From a virus (Duplodnaviria; Caudoviricetes), in the IMG/VR virus record IMGVR_UViG_3300006155_000002: a stretch of 64,000 bases of DNA. One strand, given 5' to 3'. Within the stretch, counting starts at the first letter, position 1. The number at the start of each line of letters is the position of its first letter. Both the position numbers and the translations under genes were made by a program. Positions 57,237 to 64,000 of the stretch are shown here, piece after piece. The notes beneath the pieces are model-generated. The model was not told the DNA's origin and ran no database searches. It worked only from the letters and a program-made list of their open reading frames with translations.

Positions 57237-57980
57237 TTACTTTCCTCCATATTTCTTTTTAAGTGATTCGAGATACTCGTCGCCGCGCACCTGCGCAGCT
57301 TTTTGCTCTGCCCGAGCAATTTTGGTGGAAGCACGGTTTTCGTGAACCACACGCGCCCCCTCAACCTCTTTCTGGAGATCCTTGGAGCCGTCCATAATGG
57401 CATCCAGCATCTTGGACGTTGCGGTCTCCTTCCTGAGCTCATCCAAATCTCCGTAGAGATCCTTGAGCTGACCATTCATCTGGAGCTTTGCAATCGTCTC
57501 CTTTTTGGTCCGCTTCAGTTCGGTGAGCTTCTTGCCCTGCGCAACATAGATTTGGTTTGCGTCTGCCACCATGGGCTTCAACTTCTCGATACAATCCTTT
57601 TTCTGCTCGATTTCGGTGATGATCTCACTTCGACGGGCAGAATAGACTTCTGCATCGCTGTATTGCCCACTCTTGACCAGACGTTCACAAGTCGCCTCAA
57701 CGTCATGCAGTTCCTTTGTAAGCTTTGCAACATCGTTTTCTGCGCACTTAAGCTCACCAGACAACTTGTTGAATGTGGAAGCAGCCTTGTTGTAATTGTT
57801 CTGAACCTCGTCAATCGCCTGGTTGAATACGGCCTCGGCACCTTCCGGCGTCTTAGCGGCATCCTCGACGAAGACATTCAGAAATCCGCCAACCAGCACC
57901 TTGATTTTTTTGCGAAAGTCAGGGAAGATGATCAAGGCCAGAACAATCAGCACCAAAACAACACCCAAAATCAGCTTCAT
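57237..57980 (-). CDS. PspA/IM30-like coiled-coil protein with N-terminal TM
   Basis: AKTPEGAEAVFNQAIDE; long heptad repeats; C-terminal YLESLKKKY. Confidence 0.75.
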   Translation of the reverse strand: MKLILGVVLVLIVLALIIFPDFRKKIKVLVGGFLNVFVEDAAKTPEGAEAVFNQAIDEVQNNYNKAASTFNKLSGELKCAENDVAKLTKELHDVEATCERLVKSGQYSDAEVYSARRSEIITEIEQKKDCIEKLKPMVADANQIYVAQGKKLTELKRTKKETIAKLQMNGQLKDLYGDLDELRKETATSKMLDAIMDGSKDLQKEVEGARVVHENRASTKIARAEQKAAQVRGDEYLESLKKKYGGK

Positions 57981-58519
57981 TTGGTTTCCTCCATTCCTTT
58001 ACAAAATTCCACCAATCCGTCAATGATGCTGACCTCATCAGCAACGGATTGTTTGGTGGCGTTCATGATCTCTTCAGCCACCTTGATTCGGATGTTCGCT
58101 TCCTCGATGGCCTTTTTGAGGTCTTCGATATCCGCATTGGCTTCTGAGATTTCGTCGGTACGCTCGCCGACAATTTTGTCACGCGCCGCCATCAGCGTTT
58201 CGATGCGCTTCGCGGCGTCATCCAGGAGATCGCTCACAGACTTTCCGGACACCTGGAGGATGCCGAATACTGTCGCCTGTTTCTTTGCGTTGGTCATTTC
58301 AGGCGGCAAAGTATCAATGAGTGCCTGGATTGTGAAAATTGAGTTGCTCTTGTCCTGTAGGTCATTCTGTGCATAGATCTCGTCCACCACATTTACGGCG
58401 GATTTAATGTCTGCATCAACCTGTGGAAGATCACTTTCTGTTCCAAGATCAGGGACATATGCCACCTCCGAGACATCGGCTTCTCGTTCGACAAGTCCCA
58501 TTCGTTCAAAAAAGTTCAT
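57977..58519 (-). CDS. Coiled-coil hypothetical protein of the cassette
   Basis: MNFFERMGLVE; LIDTLP; ATGA coupling to the PspA-like gene. Confidence 0.7.
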   Translation of the reverse strand: MNFFERMGLVEREADVSEVAYVPDLGTESDLPQVDADIKSAVNVVDEIYAQNDLQDKSNSIFTIQALIDTLPPEMTNAKKQATVFGILQVSGKSVSDLLDDAAKRIETLMAARDKIVGERTDEISEANADIEDLKKAIEEANIRIKVAEEIMNATKQSVADEVSIIDGLVEFCKGMEETK

Positions 58520-58525
58520 AATTGA

Positions 58526-59116
58526 TTACCCTCCAAGTTTGATAATTTTATCGCACATCTTATTGGCTTCCGCCTCGCTATGTGTGACCATAATGATTGT
58601 GCTTCCGGTTTCCTGGTGTGTATCCATAATTAAGCGCTGCATTCTCGTTCTGGTCGAGTCATCCAATGCAGACAATGGTTCATCCATAAGCAGGTAGTGT
58701 GGACGAACAAACAAGACCCTCGCAAGAGAAAGCCGTTGCTGCATCCCGCCGGAGAGTTCTCTCGGGTAACGATCCATGTATTCTCCAAGTCCGACCTGCT
58801 TCAAAATCGCTTCCGCAACTGGCTTGAATGATTTCCTATCCCGCTTTCCACGGACTGCAATCAATACGTTATCAACGCACGTCAGCCAGTCAAAATTTGT
58901 GTAGCGTTGGTGCATCATGTAAACGCCATGTTCGTCGTCAAATTGGACAAACCCTGAGAGCGGCTTTATCATCCTGGAAATCGTTTTAAGGAGTGTGCTT
59001 TTCCCGCATCCGGACTTTCCAAGAATTCCGTATATGATGCCATCTTCAAACGTCATATTCAATGGCTCCATCAATGGTTTCTGATACCCAATCACCAGAT
59101 CATTCAAGGTTATCAT
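58526..59116 (-). CDS. ABC transporter ATP-binding protein (NitT/TauT-like)
   Basis: GKSGCGKST, LSGGMQQR, LLMDEP, VTH. Confidence 0.93.
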   Translation of the reverse strand: MITLNDLVIGYQKPLMEPLNMTFEDGIIYGILGKSGCGKSTLLKTISRMIKPLSGFVQFDDEHGVYMMHQRYTNFDWLTCVDNVLIAVRGKRDRKSFKPVAEAILKQVGLGEYMDRYPRELSGGMQQRLSLARVLFVRPHYLLMDEPLSALDDSTRTRMQRLIMDTHQETGSTIIMVTHSEAEANKMCDKIIKLGG

Positions 59117-59843
59117 CCAAATACCTCCATTTGAATACACGGCGAATGACTGCATTTCCAACCTTGTCAAAAACATAGCTGAACAGAACAATGATTATAA
59201 TGGCCGCAAACACAACAGTTGTTTTTCCTCTTGCCGCACCTACATTGATGATAAAACCGAGACCTTTTTTAGCATTCGTCGCCTCAACTACGGCGACGTA
59301 TGTCCATCCGATCCCGTACATCATCAAAAAAGAGTTCATGATAGACGGAAGCGCTGCCGGAAGCAATATCTCTGTAATGATTTCATGCCTTCGCATTCCA
59401 ATCGACTTCCCGGTGTCAATTAGATCCTGCGGAACATCTTCCAAGCATAGAACTGTGGATGGAAGAACGTAGACAAAAGTGGCCAAAAATAAAAACGAGA
59501 CTTTCATTGTCTCGTCAATTCCAAACCACAGTATCAAAAGCGGAGAAAATGCCGTCACTGGGATGTACCGCATAGCGGATACGACCGGAGATACCATATC
59601 CTTTAGAAACTTTACAGAACAAATCAACAGCGCAATGGGAACCGCTACAGCCATTGATAACAACGATGCTGCTGTGATTCTGGTGAGTGAATACAGAAGC
59701 CCAGGAATAAGCTGCCCTGTTTCATATAAGCCAACCAGAGCATACCATACAGACAACGGAGAGGGAACAAACAGAGGAATTGTTACCATTGACCCGACTT
59801 GCCACGCGGCCAAAAGCAGGAAAAGTCCAAATAATTTCTTCAT
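59100..59843 (-). CDS. ABC transporter permease (NitT/TauT-like)
   Basis: Six TMs; RYIP..AFSPLLILWFGIDE; EAA-like loop; GLGF. Confidence 0.9.
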   Translation of the reverse strand: MKKLFGLFLLLAAWQVGSMVTIPLFVPSPLSVWYALVGLYETGQLIPGLLYSLTRITAASLLSMAVAVPIALLICSVKFLKDMVSPVVSAMRYIPVTAFSPLLILWFGIDETMKVSFLFLATFVYVLPSTVLCLEDVPQDLIDTGKSIGMRRHEIITEILLPAALPSIMNSFLMMYGIGWTYVAVVEATNAKKGLGFIINVGAARGKTTVVFAAIIIIVLFSYVFDKVGNAVIRRVFKWRYLDDNLE

Positions 59844-59850
59844 AGTGAGC

Positions 59851-60423
59851 CTACTCGATCCAGCAAAGTACGGTGTCCTCGTCAATCCGAACTCCGTCCG
59901 GATTATCGCGGATTTCCTTCGCAAATTTTTCATAGTCGCGGAAACGACATACTCCTCTGAAATCAAATTCTGTGTCTGGAAGTTTCTCAGCATCACCAGA
60001 ATCTCTTCCATCGTCATATTCTTCGTTGCTCATATTCCACATAACATCGAAGACAAATTCTTCCGCACTGATATCGACCGTGACTCGGCCTTCTTCCCAG
60101 CGCCTGGTATCCTCAATACCTTCTTTTGTGACGGCCAGCAGTCCTATATTACGGTTAACCGCATCTCGGAAACTGATATTTTCAAATTTCCCAGATGTGT
60201 CATTCTCAATGCGCACTTTTTCCTCTTCATCTACCCCGGCACCTGTTGCCTGCAAAATTTCAACTGCAACCTTCAGTGGATTGATTTCAGTTCTGTTTTT
60301 GTATGATTCTAAGACAGTTCCAAGGGTAGAAAGAGAACTGCTTGTATATGCAGACCAATGGTAGTATGCATTGGCAAGAACCTCGCCATCATAGCACACT
60401 TCAAAATTTAATCTCTGTCCCAT
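59851..60423 (-). CDS. Hypothetical protein
   Basis: MGQRLN...YYHWSAYT. Confidence 0.7.
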   Translation of the reverse strand: MGQRLNFEVCYDGEVLANAYYHWSAYTSSSLSTLGTVLESYKNRTEINPLKVAVEILQATGAGVDEEEKVRIENDTSGKFENISFRDAVNRNIGLLAVTKEGIEDTRRWEEGRVTVDISAEEFVFDVMWNMSNEEYDDGRDSGDAEKLPDTEFDFRGVCRFRDYEKFAKEIRDNPDGVRIDEDTVLCWIE

Positions 60424-60920
60424 TAGGCTTCACCCCGCTTTGCAGAATAGATTTCTCTCACTCTGCCATCCTTGTAGAAAATTCTTGCATCCGGAGTAGT
60501 CCACCCGTATTCGTCTGCGATGTACTGAACATACTCTTCAATGTTATTGAAGCAGATGCTCCCTTCGTATCGCTCGAAAGCCCTGTCTTTCTTAAATGTC
60601 GGCGCTTCTACGATTTTGTACTTTCCGTAGCGCCGATTCCACTCCGCCACGGCATCAACACCATATCCGGTATAAATATGAACCCTATATCCTTCGGCCG
60701 CATATTTTATCAGATTGATTTCTTCTCCATATGGGTCCCATCGGTCACCGCAGCACGGACAGTCTATTCCATCAGCGACACCATTCCAATAGCAGCCAAT
60801 ATCTTCTGCTATGCGAAGAGCTTCTTTTTCATTGTCTGCTTCGATAAACAGTCTGTGGCATACCTTATCATCGACATGAAAGTGTCCACCAGAATTGTTT
60901 TGGTCAAATTCATAGAACAT
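60423..60920 (-). CDS. Conserved phage protein
   Basis: FYEFDQNNSGG...DCPCCGDRW. Confidence 0.75.
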   Translation of the reverse strand: MFYEFDQNNSGGHFHVDDKVCHRLFIEADNEKEALRIAEDIGCYWNGVADGIDCPCCGDRWDPYGEEINLIKYAAEGYRVHIYTGYGVDAVAEWNRRYGKYKIVEAPTFKKDRAFERYEGSICFNNIEEYVQYIADEYGWTTPDARIFYKDGRVREIYSAKRGEA

Positions 60921-60941
60921 GACTATATCGACCTCCTGTTC

Positions 60942-61349
60942 TCAGTCGTACCAGCATCTGACGCCTTCTTCGCCTATGTAAAATTCGTCCGCCCAGCGAA
61001 ACAGCATAGAGAAGTCGATAATGTCCTCGGTACTGGGCGACGATTTCTTCCCGATACCTTCAAAACTGATGCGGAAATCCGAACGCTCTGGACTGACGCA
61101 ATATCCATGAGCGTACCACCCGTCAGTTTTTCGATCCCGCAGGAATTCTACCATCTCCCCAACGGTTGGAGCATCATTCTGGTTCTCTTCCATGTCCAAA
61201 ACTTCAAGCTCAATAAGCTCGTCAATTTGGGCCAACGTCAGTTCGTCAAAATAGCGGACACCGCCTCCGTACTTTTTGGCGCTATATTCCTCACCAAAAA
61301 TAACCTGATCGCGCCAATCTGCAATGCTCTGTCGGATAATATCTATCAT
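60942..61349 (-). CDS. Hypothetical protein
   Basis: QNDAPT...GY.VS..R.D.RI..EG...WYD. Confidence 0.7.
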   Translation of the reverse strand: MIDIIRQSIADWRDQVIFGEEYSAKKYGGGVRYFDELTLAQIDELIELEVLDMEENQNDAPTVGEMVEFLRDRKTDGWYAHGYCVSPERSDFRISFEGIGKKSSPSTEDIIDFSMLFRWADEFYIGEEGVRCWYD

Positions 61350-61361
61350 ATCTGTCCCTCC

Positions 61362-61931
61362 TTAGTACCACTCCCAATACACAAGAGCACTGTCATTGTC
61401 CGGCTCTTTTGCTGGGAGTGTATCGTCCGGGAACGTCTCGTTGAATTTGTCGAGTACGTTTTTGTTTAATATGTAATAGCCCGTATTTTCAACGGGTTCT
61501 GGCAGGTTTTCGTGAATCCATTCTTGGATGTCATATGCTTTGCGCCAGTAGCGTACCTCCTTAGAGGCGCATATATAGCAGGTTTCCTCCCGGTTAATGA
61601 TGTACTTGCTCTCAATCAAGTCGTCTGAGAGCGTGACCGATTCACTTTTGCCGTCTCTGCTTCCGTGGATAAATGTCTTGGAGCCGTCTTTGTCGCAACA
61701 CCACCCTCCGATCCAAACATCGGTAAGATTGTAGTCCTCACCGATTTTTCTCAAATCGTAATAATGGTTCACAACGCGCACTTTGGCGCAATATGGCACA
61801 AGCTGTCGAATCGCTGGCTTGTCGGCATCGATTTCTTTGAAAATGATACCGTCGATATCGTTTCTGTCGTACACATCATCTTCACTAAGAGGCGGCTTAC
61901 TTACCATGTATACGTTCATGTCAAGCCCCAT
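61362..61931 (-). CDS. Conserved phage protein
   Basis: MGLDM...YWRKA..I..W...Y..W; AAAGGAGG SD. Confidence 0.7.
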   Translation of the reverse strand: MGLDMNVYMVSKPPLSEDDVYDRNDIDGIIFKEIDADKPAIRQLVPYCAKVRVVNHYYDLRKIGEDYNLTDVWIGGWCCDKDGSKTFIHGSRDGKSESVTLSDDLIESKYIINREETCYICASKEVRYWRKAYDIQEWIHENLPEPVENTGYYILNKNVLDKFNETFPDDTLPAKEPDNDSALVYWEWY

Positions 61932-61959
61932 AACGATTCCTCCTTTTTTGAATTGGACG

Positions 61960-61992
61960 AAAAAATACCCGAACTGCCATTAGTAGTCCGGA
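61960..61992 (-). terminator. Intrinsic terminator closing the protein+ncRNA unit
   Basis: CCGGACT/AGTTCGG stem + TATTTTTT on - strand. Confidence 0.65.
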
Positions 61993-62005
61993 TACTGTTT
62001 CTTAT

Positions 62006-62453
62006 ATTCGGTTGCCTTGTTCAGAGTCAAAGATTCATAATCCATTCAGACCAATTTTTTGCATATAAGCATACATTATTTTATTTGAGGAGAATCATCT
62101 CCGCTATATACGTTTCCAAGACGTATTAAAGAATTGTTCGGCGAATAGAGAAATGTGTATCGTGTTCTGCAGTTGTCGAATTTCGAGTTATCGTGCGATG
62201 CAGTGAACGCCGTAACGATTATGAGCGGAAAAATTTACGCATAGCAGGTAACGAACAAGTTTGTTTGACATAGATAATCAGTCTATATTTCTTCGATTTT
62301 GAACCATTACCTTGAATGGTAGAATCTTTTGTCAAAAAGATTTTTATTTGAGTTTTCGGCACACTCAACTCGCCCCGCAGCGCTATACTTCGTCTGCGGC
62401 TGAAGCGGCCTGAACTTCATACTCCACTTTGACTCTGAACGAGACAGCCGAAT
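62006..62453 (-). ncRNA. Large structured non-coding RNA candidate
   Basis: 27-bp terminal inverted repeat 62006-62032/62427-62453, symmetric internal loop, 8-bp second stem, at least seven internal stems; no credible ORF. Confidence 0.7.
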
Positions 62454-62466
62454 GGCTGCCCCTTTC

Positions 62467-63105
62467 TTACTCAGCGGGGTTGAAACGATGGACGAACATT
62501 TCGACAGCATCCTCAAAGGAGTCATTCACACTGTATTCGGGTTCATACTCGACGACCAGCTCCACCATCGCCTTGTCGATCTCGGCAGAAACCTCGTCAG
62601 CCTTGCTCATCAGGCTGCGGCCCGTATCCCTAACCTTGTTGCGGTCAAAGTCGATGACCGTGACCTGCTTGACGTCGTAGTTGTAGGTCACCTGGTTACC
62701 TTCGCCGTTGAACTTATAGTCGATGCCGCGAATGACGCTCTCAGAAGGACGCTGTTTGCTCATTTCGGCAAAGACAGACGCAACTCTCTGGCGGGTTCGA
62801 TTATTGGTGATCTCCGCGTCAATGTCGATAGAGCAGCTTCGCTTTGCAGTGCTGATTGCTGCCGTCAGCGTCTCCTTCTCCACCATAAGATGGTTCAGGA
62901 AACTCACCAGTTGGTTGTTGGTACACTCAAATGGGCGGTCTGCGGTGATCTCTACGATTTCGTCCTCGGCATCGGAATTGGCCTTGTGCCGCAGATGTTC
63001 CTGAGTTGTCCTGGTGATGTAGCTCCGTGCAGACAGGTAGCCGACAGTTCTTTCCACCAGTCCGCTCAAGTAATTTTGGTAGCGGAATGCTTCTTTCAAA
63101 TACAT
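62467..63105 (-). CDS. Uncharacterised 212-aa helical protein immediately upstream of the ncRNA
   Basis: AGGAGG SD before MYLKEAFRYQN; YKFNGEGNQVTY..DV..V..IDFDRNK motif. Confidence 0.8.
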   Translation of the reverse strand: MYLKEAFRYQNYLSGLVERTVGYLSARSYITRTTQEHLRHKANSDAEDEIVEITADRPFECTNNQLVSFLNHLMVEKETLTAAISTAKRSCSIDIDAEITNNRTRQRVASVFAEMSKQRPSESVIRGIDYKFNGEGNQVTYNYDVKQVTVIDFDRNKVRDTGRSLMSKADEVSAEIDKAMVELVVEYEPEYSVNDSFEDAVEMFVHRFNPAE

Positions 63106-63109
63106 CCTT

Positions 63110-63430
63110 TTACTCCTCCTTGTTTTCTGGTTGATACAATCCAATGCGGATTTCACTGAGCCTGTAGTATTCAATAGGTGTGTTGTAGGACCGAACATCT
63201 TCCTCGTCAGGATCTGCAACGGTTTTGAACCCAAGCAAAAAATCTCCACCGCCCAAGGATATACACTCGATGACAAACCCAAAATGCGCCTGCGTATCTT
63301 CAAACACACTCTCATCGGTAAATGCCCGCTTCTGTTCGTATGGCGTGTATACTTTCCGATATACCCAGAACATAAAGATGTCGTCCTGGTGCGTGTCAAA
63401 GAAATCAGGAAGGGAAGGAAACTCGATCAT
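63110..63430 (-). CDS. Hypothetical protein
   Basis: ATGA coupling; IEYYRLSEI. Confidence 0.6.
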   Translation of the reverse strand: MIEFPSLPDFFDTHQDDIFMFWVYRKVYTPYEQKRAFTDESVFEDTQAHFGFVIECISLGGGDFLLGFKTVADPDEEDVRSYNTPIEYYRLSEIRIGLYQPENKEE

Positions 63431-63750
63431 TTTTGCTCTGCCCTCCAATCCTTATAAGGTTCCAGATCGCGCTTCTTTTCCTCCTCAATGATGCTCTGAT
63501 GGAACCTCACCCACATTGGTTCGTCGATGACTTTATCTCCATATCCGCCCATATACTTCTGATCAGTAATGTCCTGATCGAACACATAGAGTGTTTTGTC
63601 ATTCACATACGGCAGGAGAGGCTGGATAAAATCAATCACGATCCCTGGCATATATGTCTGCCGTCCAATGGCATACCTTACGGCACAGTTAAGAATACAG
63701 CCAAAATTATCCTGACTGATTTCAATACGCGGCTTTCTGGCACCACTCAT
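63427..63750 (-). CDS. Conserved phage protein
   Basis: CAVRYAIGRQTYMP motif. Confidence 0.7.
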   Translation of the reverse strand: MSGARKPRIEISQDNFGCILNCAVRYAIGRQTYMPGIVIDFIQPLLPYVNDKTLYVFDQDITDQKYMGGYGDKVIDEPMWVRFHQSIIEEEKKRDLEPYKDWRAEQK

Positions 63751-64000
63751 GAACTGATACCAGAAGGTTTGGATGCCTTTGCGGCAACCTTTTGCAAGCG
63801 TTTTTCATGCACTTCCGGATTCCATCCACAGTTGTAGCACGGTCGAAAATCTCCGGCGCACTCAATCATTTTGTTATGCTTACAACAGGAAGTCTCTTTC
63901 ATATCAAATCTCCTTCAATCAAAAATGGTAGTCTACAATACCACCTAAATAATAGACACTAAGTGGTTTTACTTGTCTCATCCAAGATTGCAATGTGTAT

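Noticed and set aside
55524-61469. Long + strand ORFs (55524-56357, 56422-57036, 57303-58376, 59479-60306, 60342-61469)
   Set aside because: Antisense to well-supported - strand genes; explained by codon bias.
62006-62453. Retron msr-msd or MITE explanation for the inverted-repeat-bounded element
   Set aside because: No adjacent RT or transposase and no target-site duplication (flanks CTTAT / GGCTG). Inner G-U pairs point to RNA structure, though neither alternative is formally excluded.
63106-63399. N-terminal extension of the 310-aa ORF call
   Set aside because: Overlaps another gene; the strong SD places the start at 63105.
1-64000. tRNA/rRNA genes and CRISPR arrays
   Set aside because: None recognised by eye in the intergenic gaps; a tRNAscan/CRISPR search was not possible.

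Overview
This window is 64 kb of a large temperate phage of a gut-type Firmicute (Clostridia-like). No host genes, tRNAs or CRISPR arrays were seen. Positions 1-6 kb (+ strand) hold the end of the late region: a DGR-type reverse transcriptase, tail-associated genes, a tyrosine recombinase, an amidase endolysin and holins. A bidirectional terminator follows, then a candidate attP beside a large serine integrase. The rest is almost all on the - strand. It carries nucleotide metabolism (dut, nrdDG, thyX, nucleotidases), a C5 methyltransferase, and a replication module (dnaE split by a group I intron with an HNH endonuclease, primase, helicase, PD-(D/E)XK nuclease, SSB, ERF). It then has a lysogeny control region (MrpR-like repressor, orphan MazF, face-to-face promoters, a small RNA, a CI-like repressor) and a long accessory region. 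That region includes a cysteine desulfurase, four PAPS-reductase/PP-loop paralogues (one frameshifted in a G9 tract), radical-SAM-like proteins, a Dam-type MTase, and an ABC transporter/PspA/OmpA cassette. The most notable undescribed-looking elements are: (1) a ~490-nt highly structured non-coding RNA closed by a 27-bp terminal stem directly behind an uncharacterised 212-aa protein; (2) a covarying structured RNA leader shared by two PAPS-reductase-like genes; (3) a possible sulfur-dependent, phase-variable modification system. All family assignments come from motif recognition by eye, not from database searches.
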